From positions 64,160 to 128,159 of the forward strand of contig JAHFFW010000002.1 of NCBI GenBank assembly GCA_023247725.1: a stretch of 64,000 nucleotides of DNA, given 5' to 3'. Both the position numbers and the translations under genes were made by a program. Numbering within the stretch: position 1 is the stretch's first letter; each line of letters starts with the position of its first letter. Below the pieces are notes generated by a model. It was not told the DNA's origin, searched no databases, and saw nothing but the letters and a program-made list of their open reading frames with translations. Source of the DNA: Candidatus Omnitrophota bacterium (GTDB lineage: Bacteria; Omnitrophota; Gorgyraeia; Zapsychrales; JAHFFX01). Of this stretch, positions 27,001 to 42,000 are shown piece by piece.

Positions 27001-30000
27001 AACTTTTAGAAGAAATCAACAGGTTGAAAACAGAAGCTGACGGCGCCCAAATTGATAAGGATCAGCGAAAGGGAGCAATCGATGCCTGGCCGCCGACCGA
27101 TCACACCGAGATAGCCGCCCCCGGAAATAAACCGGAGACCCCGGCGGATGATCAGGTTGATTCCAAAGAAAAGCGCAAAGCGGAATTAGCGGAAAAGATC
27201 GCGGAAAAGCGCTCCGCGTTGCAAGCGCTCGAAGGGCAGATCCAGGTGCAGCAAAGAGAACTCCTGGCCGGCGCCGCCGACCTGGCGGTTCGCCTGCAGG
27301 GAAATTTATTTAGACCATCGACCGGCGGGGCTTCCGTTCCCGACCCGAACATTGCCTCTTCCAGCGCTTCCCTGGAGACCATGTTGCCCCGTTTGTTGGC
27401 TATCCTGGACCGGCAAAAAGCGGTGGTCGACGAAATCGTCGCCCTGGAGAAAGATTTAACGAGCCTGCAAAAAATTGCAGCAGAGTCGGATTTAAGGCGG
27501 TATGAGTTGGGTTTGCGCTGGGATGCGAAGCAGCTGGATGATTATTATATCGGCAATCAACGCGCCGAAACACGCAAAGTGGTGAGAGGGGCAATGATAA
27601 GGAATCTTCTTGGGCCTTTGTATAATTATTTGAGATCTCGAGAGGCGCAATTGTCAGAAGGAAGAAATAGCCCCGACCTTCATGCGCTCCAGCGTGCGCA
27701 AGATGTGGTTTCAGAATTGATCAGCACATTGAGAGAAAGCGACAAAACAGTGTTAGAGGATAAAGAAATAGAAAATTTAAGAGTTGCTTTAGAGACGATC
27801 GTTGCGCAGTCGGACCTGGGGGAGCATGGCACAGCGTTCCGAGAATACTTTATGCGCAATATTGAGACCTTGAACAAAATAGACCCGCAGAATCTTTTAG
27901 CTCAAGTGCCGGGGTTATTTGATGAAGACGGGCAGGAGATTCCGGATCATGAATTGTTGTTGGAACGGCAGGAATTTAAAAGTCCTTTGCAAGGCCAGCT
28001 TCCGGAGCTGCGTAAGTTAGCCCATAACATGGCTGGTCTAAACGCCAGCCTGCAAAAAGTTAAAGATCAAATAGCACAAGTAGAGAGGGTTAATAATGGC
28101 GGGATAAAAAAGGTAGAAGAACAATTATCCCAGCTTCGTCAAGGATCGCTCGCGCAGGCTGGGGAGCATGCGCCCTCCGAAGCGACGCCCAAGACCATCG
28201 GTGCTGAACAAAAAATCGCACCACCACCGCGAACGATTGCGACTCAGCAGATTGAACATAAAGGCATCAAGGCGTTTCGTATGGATCTGACAGAGCAGCC
28301 GAATCGCAACGTGCTGGTCATTACGGATAATCATTCCGGCAAACCGGTTTTGAAGTTACCCGGAGGCCGGCAAATCGAAGAAGGGACTTTTGCGGGAGAG
28401 CAGCAGGCAGAGGCAGCGGGATTTGTGGGCTTCCAACAGGGTGGGGTGACGGCGGCTTTTAAAGATTCCGGCGACGGGAACCAAAGACTCAATTGGGGGG
28501 TCCCTATTGGAGATGATCATGTAGGTCCGCCCGCTGCGCTCAAGATTTTATCGGGCGGAGAAGAGCATATCACCCTGGATGTGGAGCGGCGGGATCTGGC
28601 CCGATCGACGGAAGACGGCCGGCGGTTGAATCCCGCCTTAGATTCTAAAGAACAGCTGAATTTGGATAAGCTGAGCGATCAGATCGGCGGCGCGATTGTG
28701 GGGGTCTTGGATTCCGAGCCATTGGCGGACAACCGTCACAGGATCGTCGTCGAGCGGCAGAAGGACGGCAAACGCTTTGAGATTCATCTTCCCCATATTC
28801 ATGATCTGCCGGCAGCCCGGGAATTTGCCGAGGTTTTAAAAGACGAAAGTTCGAAATATGATCAGGCCGCTAAGGCTAACAGGACTTTCGCGTTTGGTCG
28901 GTTTCTAGGGATTCCCCTGTATATATGGAACCACCGGAGCCTCTCCAGAAGGGCAAACGCGGAAGTCCTGGCTAATAAGAAGAGTTACGCTATTTCCTCT
29001 GATAGCTTAAGAAGGTTTAACGATTTGAACAGCAAGCTGGCGGGAGAAATTGTCGCGGCGACCACGGTTCGTGAAGTCGACGCCGCCCAGGCGGAGCGTG
29101 ACAGAATCAAGGAAACCGATATCGCCGATCCCAATCGTCGGGGCCCGACCGACGGCGCGATGGCGAACCCCGTGGGCCCCGACGATAAGAATATCGCCGA
29201 TCCGACCCGAAAGACGAGGGGCGAGCGGCGAGGGACGAGGGACGAATCAGACGGTGCGCAGGTGGGCACGGCACGCGCGGTCGAGATCACGACCGCCGAA
29301 CCACAACGAAAACTTTCGGTCTTTCGACGCATAGGGATGAAGGCGCTTTTGGTGGGGGCGCTCATGGCGATTCCCGCCTTCGCGTCGGCTCATGGCACCA
29401 CCCCCTCGCCACAAAATTCGGCGGGTCTTCTTGGTGGGGAAATCAACCAGATCATTCAGATTGAGAAAGAAAAGCAGTCGCCGCTTAAGGGAGGGACGAT
29501 TAATGGTGATGGTGGCGCGAGGATCGGTATTGATCGATCAGGAACCATACAAAAATACCCAGAATCAGTAGAATCAAATAGAAAGCCGCAGGCAGGTTCA
29601 ACATTTCAATCTTCTCCTTTCCGGGGAAGCACATATAACCCAACAACAAGGCTCGATAATAAAAGTCCTACAACGGTGAGTTTTAATAGAAGTCCGAATT
29701 TGATGAGTGCGTCGCCGATAAATAATGCTAATACCCCATTTTTAAAGATGTCTAGTAATGCAGTACCAAGTACTTTACGTCGAAAAGAAGTGAAAATTTT
29801 GGGTTCAGATTTGTCTTCCATAGTCGGTAACAATTTAACATTGGATCGGACTGTTGTCAAGTCAGCTGCTGAATCCAGCCAGATATTTGAGCGCGACGCC
29901 GCGATGGCGGAGCGCCGGATTACGGATGCCGCCATGACCGAGCGGCCGGAGCCCGGGAAGCAATTGTTCGCCGATGAGCGTCAAAGGGCCGAGCCGCAGC

Positions 30001-33000
30001 TTAATGAAAGGGACGACAACCCCAGGCGCTCCGACAAACCGTTGCCGACGACCCTGGAAGGACTGCGATCCGAGATTATAGGACAGGCCGGGAGGAGCTC
30101 AAGAAGTGGAGGCAGAGGATACCTGGACATAATAGGAGAAGTCAACAACGAAATGGCCATGCGTTTCTTAGAGAAATCGGGCCTGGAAAGCGATCCGCAT
30201 TTAAAGCCGGTTGCCGATGATACTATTGCTTTGGTAGCGCGGGGTTTTGGATTTAAACCGGAAAGTATTTCCAAGCTCAAGGATGATGTGCGGATTATCC
30301 AGACCATCCCGCGCATGAGTCTGGGAGAAAAAATGCAGCTAAATTCCGCTCTGGTGTTGTCCAGGCTCATTCATGAATTGGAAACAAACGGACAAATAAA
30401 AGATCGGAAAACTACAGCAATGATAGCGCACCTTATTTTTAAGGTGCCGGGCGATCTTCCGAAGGCTGATTCCAGAGATTATGACGCACTCTTCCACCTT
30501 AAGTTGGTGGGAGGAATATTCGACAATCTTCGATCGATGACGGGCATTGCGATACCGGAATTGAGGTTTCCAGAAATGTATTTCTATCGTTTATCTCTAG
30601 CGCAGAAGATTGCCATTCTAAAAGAAGTGATGGACCATGCGACGGCAGGTATGGGGCCGGATGTTGAAGGTACCCTGGCGATGGATGCGATACGAGCTAA
30701 CTGGTCAGGCCATGCCGATCATTTCAGAGGAGATCTCGGAGTTGATCTCAAACCCGAGGAGCAGCGCAAGGGATTTATTTTGATTGATCCCAGTCATCAA
30801 AGCGAGGAGCAAAGAGCGGTTATAGCCGGCGAGGTGGGGCATTATCTATTTATGAAGATGCTGCCGCAGTCAGAAAAGGGATCTGGTCCATCCAATGGAG
30901 TCCATGAGATTTTTGATTCCCTGGCCACCAATTATATCCGGGCGAATAACAAGCCTGTATCTGAAGCGCAGCGGGGGCAAGTCGCGCTCCTGGACACAAA
31001 GAAATATAATGAAGAGAGCTTTCATGGTATTGAACATGCGATAGCAGATGTTACCGTGGAAAAGATGATTCAGAAAACGGGTTCCATCGTCGTCGCCATG
31101 CGGATTGCCGCGGACATCGCCCGGGACCCGAACAGTGCCAGCCGGCAGGATCACCGGGCGTTTCTCGAAGAATTTAATAAGCGTGCTGATAATCCCGAGT
31201 ATCTGAATTCAGTCAAGCAAGCTATCGACAGAACTGCGCAGGAACATCAGGTGGCGTTGGTGCCGGTGGCCAGGCAGATGTTTGGTTTGGAGGAACAAAG
31301 AGAGATTCCCTCCATAAATCCTGGACCTCGGGCCGACGGCGCCAGCGTCAAAAAAGAAGAAGGGCGCGCCGCCTCGGTCACTTCCGAAATGCCGACGGAC
31401 TTGTCCGGCGTAGCCCCGCTGCTTTCTGCGAAAGCAGGAAGCGGGGCGAAGTCGGACGCCGCGATGGCGGACCTAAAGGAGGGCGCGCCGCAGAGCCTTG
31501 CCGACCCCACCCGCATGGCGCAGGCGGATCGTTCCGCGCCCGATGAGTTTAAACAGATTCCAAAAGGTGTTCAACGACGCATTCATTTCACAGGGCCACG
31601 TGTTCTGGAAGAAAATAGGTTAACATCTATTTTTGAGAAGGGGCTAATGATAAAGAATCGAGGCCTCACAGGTACGACTTTGCCATTGTCCCAAGATAAT
31701 ACGCAAGCTGACCTCGATGGAATGATGACCTATCAACACAATAGAGGGGGAGAAGGCCTGGGCTATATTTTGGTTATAGATATTCCCCAGGAGTATTACA
31801 GGGATATAGAGAACGTTCGGAATACCGATCCGGACAGACCTAATTGGGATATTATGGATGACCAACGAGCGGCTTATGACGAAGAAACCAGCCAGAAGAT
31901 CATGGGAGATGAATACTTATCCAATCGTCGCCTCTTGAAGCCGGAGTTTATCATTGGAGCTGTGAATCAGAAGACCGGAGAGTGGATTGCGAATCCGTAT
32001 GCAATGAAGGAGAGCGAACAGCGTTCCGTGTCCAACACCCGGCCTCCAACCGACGCGGCGAGTGCGGATCGCGTCGGAACTCCGCGGTTGAGTCTACAGC
32101 AAAGAAAGGAGCTTCCTGAAACACCTGTTGTTAAAACTCTGAATACTTCGACTCGAGATACAATACAGAAGAAATTAAAGTTGTACCAGTTTCATACTGA
32201 TCCTTTCGAGAGCTCCATCGGCAACATTGTTCGAGAACTCGAAAAGACCCCGCAAACTGAACAAATCCCCGATTTTGGTGATAAAGAATTGTTATTCCAT
32301 GCTACTCCGTCCGTTATTAATCTGGGCCAGATGATCGTCGACCGTGAGATTGTGTCTGAGGCAGAATTGATCCGTCGAGGGCGAACGGTTAACTCGGGTG
32401 AAGTAGGTGCAAAGTACAAATCCCTTGAGGGTAAAGAAAAAATAGATAAGAAAAAACATTTTGAAAGTATCGACGAACATCCTTCTTCTGAATCTGAGTT
32501 GAAGGAAATTCAGGAGGGCGAAGAAATATTGGCTTCCCGTTTAAAGAGTGAAAACTTGGAAGATAAAAAGAAGCTCGATAATGAGGTGAGCTTCTCGGCG
32601 TTTAAATTCCGTGAAGAATATTCGAAAATAGATCTCCAGGCGGGCGTGATTGTTCCGGCCCGTGATTTCTTCCCGGGCGGTTTGAGACCGGAAGATATCA
32701 GTACAGCAGAAGACCGGGTGGGTATTCCGGAGACGGCTCCTTTGACCCGTGCGGTTTTTGTTGTGGATCATAAATTTAGGGGCTCTTTGCGGCAAGCTGT
32801 TATTAACAAGTTAAAGAAGGACGAGGGACTGAGTTCGGACGCTGCCAGGGAAAAAGCCACGCAACTGATGAAATCCGTTGTTTTCATCGACAACACGTTA
32901 AGCATGAATGATGCAGTTTCCCAGATGATCGACAGCAATGAAGGACGCTTATTATTAAGTCATTTATTCAATGAAAGCGTGGTCAATCCTGACGCGGCGC

Positions 33001-36000
33001 AGGTGAATGGAACGCCCGAAAAGAAAATCATTTCCGCCCAGACCGATTCCGCGCAGGTGTCTGCTGCACAGTCCCAGAAAGCGGCGTTCGATTTCTTCGA
33101 TAGATACCGTGGTTTACATAATGATAACGTTCAGAATTGGGCCATTGAGCGTCATGGCGCCAAGAGTATTTATGATAAAGAATTCTTAAGTCCGCTCCAA
33201 ATCAAGCGTGGCATCGAAACCGGTTTGATCGGGCTCAATGCCAAGGGCGACGATCTGCAATTCACCGCGCCGGGATTGACCGCCGAGAGCATACCCGCTT
33301 CGCAGGAAAAGACCTTGGAGTATGTGAAAAATATGAGTCTTGGCTTCTCCGGAACGATGATCCATCGTGATACCTATGATTCTCAGAGCAATCCTTACGA
33401 GATGGATCACTTCGATGCCCAGGAAAGAGTCGACATCGAAGCCGGTGTCCGGGCCAATGTCATTATTTTGTTCGACCGGGGACGTTATCCGAAGTTGCAA
33501 TTTGTTCCGGGATACAACAAGAATAATATTCCCGCCTTCAGTTTTATCGACGGGCTTAATAGAGAAGTGACGATCACCACGGCTCAGCTTGGCAAATACA
33601 ATCGTGCCCGGGAATTGGCCCAGCAGGGACGAACCGAAACGGCGAAGAAAGGGCAATCCGATAGGCTTTATGCGGAAGTCATCCAGGAAGCCTCCCCGAC
33701 CCAGGCGGGCGACCTGTTCGTCGATGGGGTCGGCCGGGTTTATCAAGTGAAAGCTGTTCAGCTGGAGAGTTCTTTGGGCGGCCGCCGCTTCACTTTTTCG
33801 CATACCCTGGAAGAAGTGGACAACCCTGCATTGGGACAGACGGTGCCGCGGGGCGTTGAGAAGCGCCGCGAATACGGATTAAAGAACCTTTCTCCAACCA
33901 CGGCCGCCGAGGTCAAGGAACTGAATTTCAACAATCTTCTGGCGCGCGCCGGACATCAGGCGGCGTCCGCCACGGCCAACAACGATAAAATTGTTGAGGC
34001 GAGGGCTTCTTTGGAAAACGCCCTTAAAATTTTTCCGGAAGACCAACGAGCGACCCAAATCAAACAACAGGTCGAACAGAAAGAACGCCAGATCGGCGAG
34101 GACAAGGCGGAACGCGCCTTCAAAAGTGATTTAAACAGACAATATGCCGATAAGCTTGCCTGGATTTGGAATGAGGATCTTTCAAATGCGACCAGTTCCG
34201 AATTGAATGGCCTTTCGGACCGACTCGGCCAATTTGAAACCAGCCTTAATACTCTTCAGAGACCGCAGAATCTTCCGCCGGAGCGATTCGACCGGGTGGT
34301 TGCGGAAGCCCGTGGCCAGCTTCAGAAACACCGTCAAGCCATCGAAACCCGGCAGAACGCATTAAAGAGCAGCGACGATCAAATCCAGAAACTCGAAGCC
34401 GTCAGGCAAACGGTGCTTTTGGAAAATTCAACTGAGGGGATCCTGAAGCCATTTGAAAATAATCCGCAGTTAAAAGATGAGGTCAAGGCGATCATCGATT
34501 CCGGTGCGGATCGCTGGGAAAAGGCCGCGCAGCTGGAAAAGAAGATCGACCAGTTAAGGGTCCAGGGCCGTCAGCCTTCCCAGCTCGGGAAAGCCCTGGA
34601 TGTTGAATTCACCCGGGAAACGGCCCGGGCGGTTATTGTGAAACAAAATGAGTTGGAAAATCGGTTGGGACACATGAGCACGCTGGCCCGTTTCCGCGAA
34701 CAGCTTGAGGATTATTCCACTTTAAAGGATGAGGAAGAAGCCACTGCCGAGATCATGCGGTTGGTGGTGGGCAATAAGGATTCTGAGGCCGCGTTGCAGC
34801 TACGCGGCGCTCTGGGACGTTATTTTAGCAACCACGAGACCGATGAGATCGTGAAGAATATCCTATGGGGACGAACCGACCCGCGCTATAGGGGTACAGC
34901 CTCCGATGACCACCAGAGGCAACGGATCATCCAAAGCATTTTTGATGCATTTATGTGGCGGCAAGATCCGAGTGGTAACAACCTCGTCAATTTTATCAGT
35001 GCCTTACGCGGTCCGGGTGGGGCACAGGAACAATTTTTCGGCCGGGCGTCGGGCTATACCGAGACGGTTTCGATGTCATTCGCCCAGGACACTGATGATT
35101 TTATCAACCAAGTTATCGAGGCTAAGGAGATCATAGAGGGACGTTCTCTCAGTGAGGCGGAAAAGGATGAGATCCGTAGCAATCACGGCATACAGGAGGA
35201 GCAATCTCAATTTCACACCCAGAAGAGACTGATAGGCGGAGTCACGTTCTCAGAACACCATATAAAGATGATGCAAAGTGGTTCTCTTTTGGGGATAAAG
35301 ATGGGGCAGAAGACCATTTCCCGGATCATCATGAATCTGGACGCCGGCGGATTCCGGAACCAAACGGCGGCGGCGGTGCATGAGCTGGGGCATCACGGAC
35401 TTGCGCAAATAACCAATGCCGATCTCAACAATAATAAGCCAGAGCCACAAAATGGCAAGTTGCGTGAGCAGCAAATGGTCGGCGAAGGGATAGCGGAGAC
35501 TTATGCCCGGGATGGTCTTGATACGCTGGGCGACTATTATACCGATGAGGCCGGAGGGGTGAATCCCATCAAGCAATTGGCAGTAGCGCATCAGGCCGCA
35601 ACCATTCAAGGCCAAAGCGGCGAAGTTTACAAGGCCAGCCTGGTGGCGGTGACCACGCTGCGCGAGCGGACCGGAGCGGTCAAGTTCCGCGAAGTGGCTG
35701 TTCCCGTTTTGGCGAACGGTGGTTCCTTCCTGGCTGCCGATCTGGCGATCGGCAGTTTGGGCGATTCCGTGAATCTCACCCAGCGTCGCGTGCAGGCGGT
35801 GCAGGCTAAGTTTAGTGAGGCCAGGGTGCAGCGGGACTTCACGAAAATCGGCCGGATGATCAAATTGATCATGGCGGTTGCGGAGAATAATCCTGGCTTG
35901 ATGAGAGAAGAGGGTTTGCCCAAGAATGTGCAGGATCGGTTCGAATCTGACAGCGGCCGGTTTGTCGGCAAGTTCATGGCGAACATCGCTGCGATGGACC

Positions 36001-39000
36001 GGATGATCCCCACTGACAGTCGCCGCTACGACTACAATAATATTGCGAAAGAATTGAAATCCATCCACGACGCCGCCCAGGTCAGTGGCGCCTTACCGAA
36101 TGAAAAAACTATTCTGGCCAAGCCCGATGAATTCAATTCGGCCCAGGCGGCTCGAGCTGCCGGGATCGCCGACTTGTCCGCCGTAGCCAAAGGCGAAAGC
36201 ACTTTGGCGAAGGGGGACGGCGCCAGTGTTGACCAGCGGCCCGCCGCCGCGGTCACTTCCGAAAAGCCAAGGGAAATGAAATGGGAGCGAGAGGCTAAGC
36301 CCACCGACGGCATGACGGCCCACACCGACTTCAATCGTTTAAAGAATCTGAATGACATGATCGGCAACGAGGGGATGGATTTTGTCATCAAGAATTCCTA
36401 TTCGAGTGCGGTGGAGGATGTTCAGGGAGGGCTGACATCCAGCGAATTTAGTTCCGAACGCATTGGTGGGGATGAACACAAACAGCTGATTTCTTCCAAA
36501 CTGGATGGCAGGGAAATTGTCAAAGAGATTCAACAAAAGACCGAAGCTCAGCGCTTTGGCGTGGTCTCTTTGGGGACACAAGCTCTGCCCGCGGAAGCGA
36601 AGGACTTTATGAAGGAGAAGGGCGCCGGCTTTTCCAAAGTCGGCAACGAACAGATTTTAATTGTGCCGCTGGCCGAGGGACAGACTGCTCAGGAAGGCAT
36701 CTACCAGGCAATCGATGATGTCAAAGGCGCTTATGGAGATAAGGTGGCCGGTCTCAAAGCTGATTTCCGAGCCTTGGACTTTTATAAGTTTGACAATGAA
36801 ATCAATCCGACGCTTTCGATCGGCACCGCCACCCAGCAAGCCGTGGAAAATCAGATCAAGAAAAACCAATTGGAGACCACCGATCCTGATCGAGGGGCTT
36901 ACCTCGTTGCTACTACTGGTGCGGACAAAGCCAAAGAGAGATTTCAAGGGAATGGAAAACTGGTCGCCGGCGCGAGTCCCGTTGAGGATGCCCGTTTTAT
37001 TGATCGTCATAAACAAAAGCCGGGAACCGATCAAGAGAAAGAGGAAATCGATCTTTTCAAACATTACCCACAATCCGCTAAGGCCGTTGAGCAATATAAA
37101 GAAATCCAGAAATCAGCCAAAACGGGGGAGGTCACGATTTCCGTGCAGGACCTGAAACAATCCGCTTCAACGGCGCAGTCCTCTGCCCCGTCCGCAGAAA
37201 AGTCAACGACCATCGTCCATCATTTTGTCGACAACGATCAGTTCAAGGCTAAAATGGCGGAACTCCAGAAAGAAGGACGGTTGCGGGGAGCGTTTCTGAT
37301 TCAAACGGAAATGGTCTATCTGGCTGAAGGCTCTTCGGATCCAGTTAAAGAGAAATTATTGCCGGTCATTCAAAAGTTTATCGATGCTCCTTTCAAGGAT
37401 CGCCGCGTTGATACCGCCGGTTCGACGGGTGGTATCAAATTACTCAACACCGCTTTAGGATATACTCCCGCCGACCAAGCGCTGGGATTGTATCGTCATG
37501 CTGCCATGGCCAATATGGGCACCTATGACGGGTTTGAAGTTTACATGCTCGAAGGTCCGCCGGCTGGTCCCAAAGTGCTGCTCGTTCCGGTACGGGAAGA
37601 TACCAAGAAGATGGTGCCCGATGACTTTGCCAGACAGGCGCATGAATTTGCGCAGCGGGTTAACACCGATTTCAACAATGGGAGTGAACTGAAAGGGAAG
37701 GTGGACCTGGTCGCCTGGAACAGATTTGAAACGGGCGAGGAAAATATTGGCGAAAAACTTGACAGCATCGATCAGATCCGCTATGTGCATGAATTTGACC
37801 GGCCAGAAGCGCTGGCAGAACGCCGGGATTTGTGGGTCACCGGCTATGATGATTATATCCAGCAGAGATTCCCGGAAGTTCAGGAAGAACTGGCCAGAGA
37901 GGTGGCGGATGCGTGGGGCCGAACGCGTAACGATGCCTCCGTCCCGGTGGCTGTTCAGGTTCGGGAAATAGGCGCTGGTAAGAACCAGAATTTTGAATGG
38001 GCCTCCGCAGTCAGTCTTCAAAGATTGTTAAAACAGAGAGGATACGATTCCTACGTTGGTGGAAGGCAGCAGGTCGTAATCGATGGCCGGATGGTGGAGA
38101 AAAAAGATTTTAGCCGGTTTATGCTGAAGCCAGGAATGAAGATTGAAATCACCGACGGCGCAATGGCGGAGCGCGCGCGCGGTGCCGAGGTCACTTCCGA
38201 AATGCCGACCGACGGCGCGCAAACAGTTCGCGTGGGCGGAATGTTCCGACGCTGGATGTCTCGTCTGGCCGTTCCGGTTTTGACCACCGTGCTTTCCGGT
38301 TCGGCGGATCTGGAGGCGCAGGTGATCGGAGAACCGCCGCAAATCAACTCTCGAGGACAAATCGTTGTAAAAGTATCGCCGCAAATCAACCTTCAGGGCC
38401 GGTCGATCAAAGTGGACTGGTACAAAAACGATTCGAAAGTTAAAGATAAGTTGAGCCAACAGGAGCGGAATCAGCTCGACTTGTTCTTGAATCGTCTGCC
38501 CCCCGACATGCTCGGCAAGTTCAGTCAAATTCAGGTGCGGAAAAATAAAACTTCCGCAGGTGAGAAATCAGTTTATTGGTTTGTCAGTCATGAAAAAAGC
38601 TGGATTTCAGTTCCCGAGCAGGTATTGAAAAATCAGACCAAACCCTCGGCTGCGGACTTTACCGTGACCAAGACGTTTGGGTTGAGCAGAATCATTCCGG
38701 AAAATTTTAATCACCAAGACTCCATAGAAGTTGGGGGCCGCCGGATCGAAGTCAAGGCTAACTTTTCCCAGGCTGCGACGCCGATCAATGATTTGAACAT
38801 CAGGATCCAGGAGTTGATCGAGAGGCTGCCCGCATCCGATCAGAGCGAAGTGGACCAAATTATGATCGATACTTCCGCGGAGGCTGCTGTCCAGAGAAAT
38901 CAGATCCTTTATTTAATGAAGGACGGCGAGCGGCGCACTCTCGTGGTGCCGCTTCGCTGGCTGACAGGAGATGAAAAAACGCAAGTTACCGGGATCATTG

Positions 39001-42000
39001 AAGTGATGAGAACCGCCGATCTCACGCCTTCGGGGCGCAGCGAAACGCAGTATGTTCCCGGTTCCAATGCCCGGGAAACCATCCGGTCTTTTGTCAGAGA
39101 AGAATTGTCCCGGTCGCAATACATCCAAGGCGCCGTCCGACGTCTTTCGGAATGGAATTCAAATCCCGAGTTGCGACGGGAGATTCCTTCGGCTATCGAA
39201 GATTTAATTCGACAGGATAACAAACCTGAGATTGTGATTCGCGGTGTCGAACTTTTGGGACGTCTTAATATTCAGCCGGCTAACCGCACGGAAGTAACCA
39301 CCCAATTGATTAAAGCGACTAAGGCTGTCGAGCAAAACCAGAGTTTGTTCTTGGAAGGATTGGAGCTTTTGGAGAAATCCGAAGCCCCACTCAACGCGGA
39401 GGTCCTGGATATCACTTTGACCGGGATAGGCAACGCGCAGCAAACGACCCAGGGTAGATTGATTTATTTGACCAGCGCCCAAATTCTGAGAGAGAAAATG
39501 CCGGTGGTGGCCAGCGATCCCAAGGTCATTGCCAGGCTGGTGGAAGCCGGCTTCAATGAAAATTCTAAGTCCGCTTCTGACGTTTTATTCGCAATGCATC
39601 AAAGGAACTTTTCCGAAGCGGCCCGGCAGGAATTAAGCCGGCAGATTCGCGAACGTGTTCAGAGGGAGCCGAAAGATCTGGGCAAGGGCCTGTCGGTTCT
39701 GGCCCAGTCCGATCCGCAAGCGATGCTGGGCATGCTGGATGAAAACGATTGGCAAGGCCGGCTTGAACCGAACCAAAAGCTGGGTGTGGTCCAGGAGCTG
39801 ATGCGAGTCGCTCCGCAGCGGGCGGTTCCCTTCGTGCGGGAAATGGGCGGGGAAGGACTTGAATTTTTGACGGATGTCATTTCTTCAGGCGTGATCGGCG
39901 GGGAGAAGACCGGAGAGCTCAATGAGAATTGGATGCCGCTTCAGGAAAAAGCGAAAAAATTCCTCGAGGCCCAGCAACAGGCAAGTCAATCCAAGCCCCG
40001 GGAATCTCAGCCTTGGCACAAAAACGTAGCTCAGGCCCCCCAGGAGAAAGCCACGCTGCACCTCACGCAGTATTTGTTCGCCTTGGCGTTGACGAATACT
40101 CAGATGAATGACCTTAAGGATTCTGAACTAGGCAGCCTATTCGAACAAATTTCAAGAGCGGTTGTTACCGCCAAATACGATAACGCTGACTCATCGTTGG
40201 AATTCGGTCAGAAGCTTATTACCCGGGAAAAGGATTTTAAGCAGTTTATGTCGATACTTGGACATGAGTTGGGGCACAACCAAGTTATTGCTTTGTACAA
40301 AAGGTTTGGTCCGGAGGATTACCGGGAAAAAGGGTGGGTTCCCGTTACCAAAGACTTTGGGGTTATCGAAGAATTCGGCGGCGACCTGTTCGCGGCCGAT
40401 TACATCGACAATGTGATGCAGGGCTGGACGAAACAAGACACAAAGAACTTGGTCAATAGACAAGGATCCTGGCTTTCCAGAATCGTCCGGGGAGAGGTCC
40501 TTCAGGCGATGAACCTTAAGCAGGAAACCGAGGAGCATCGTGTCGCCAGAGATTTCTTTGAGCAGATGGAGAAATCCGGACGGAGCAACAAGACCATCAT
40601 GAAGGGCGCTTTCAAACTCCTCATGCCGCGTATGGACGAGGAGATGACGGCCAATCAATTTAAAGCAGAAATGACTCAGCTTTATGATCGGCTAGTGAAG
40701 GATCCGCAGACGAATGTGGATGTCATCATTAATTATGACCAGACCGTAAAGCCGGATTCATCAAAAGACAAGAAAGAGGAGGAGTTTGATCAGGACAAAT
40801 TCAGATCGGAAATGAAATCCGGCGCCCCGGAAGGCTTCGCCCTATACGCTTCCCATCGGAAATATGGAACTGTTATAGGTTATCAAAACGGCGCAGCGGC
40901 AGCCGCAATCCACTTCTTTATATCACCCGCTAGACCAGACAACAGCAAGTTTTTACAACGCGCTAATCGTGAGGCCACGCGGGAATTCTTGGCCTCTCTG
41001 GCCGGAAGCACGAAGCAGGCCGTCAAGGATGCTCTGGCCCGTCGGGAAGTCGTAACGGCCCGGACAAATACATCTTCTCTCATGGGTATGAGAGCCAGCG
41101 CACCTTTCGACGGGGCTATGGTGGAGGAGCAGTCGAGTTCGAAAAGAAGTTCCTTCGATCCGAACGACAGGGAGAATACGTGGGACGTGGGACGTAACCT
41201 GCCCGCCAAACAGGGGACGTGGGACGTATCAGATGCGGCGAAGACGGAGCGCGGGCGCAGTGCCGAGGTCACTTACGAAATGCCTCAACAAACGGTCATC
41301 GAAATGGCGCGACAGGCTCCCGCTGATCGGTTGGCGATTATTGGTTTGGGTGAACTCAGTGAGTCACAGAAGAGCGATCTTAAAAATAAGCTGGAAGCCT
41401 TAGGTGTGGATCGGCCGATCATCGTGGTTAATGACCAGGAAGAGTTATTCAAGGTTGCTCAGCAATCCAAACAAACCGAAACCAACCCGCCGATTGTGCT
41501 GGTCGCTAATAATAGTGTCAACCCTCAGGATGGAAAGGTCCGAGATTTGGTCAGGACCACCAATGCCTGGTTGGGTGGCCACACGACCGATATCCCCCAG
41601 CCCGGCGACAATGAAGGCCGTGAAATTCATTCGATGACCATGCCTACGCGGACCTTGACTCTGCAAAGAAGAGAAACAGAAAAATTTGTCCAGCATAATT
41701 TCTCTTCGGATCAAGAAGCCATGAAGGTCCTTCGGGGCCTTCCTAATTCCCAATTCGAAGGCGTCGATTATGTATTGGTCGTATCCGATGAGGAGTTTAG
41801 CCGGCAAGCAAAAGACCATAACACCTCTGAAGCGGTGATTCTGCACGTCCAGGACCAAGACGGGATCTCATGGGGCGTCATGCTCGTGCCACAATCTGCC
41901 GTGAATGAAATCAAAACCAAACATGAAGAAAATCTTTTGAATACGGCGTCCCAGGATTTTGTCGAAAGCGCGACCAATGAGAACGCCTCCTTTGGGAAGG

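Noticed and set aside
28320-28450. Possible Nudix box after KLPGG
   Set aside because: The REUXEE part of the Nudix motif is missing.
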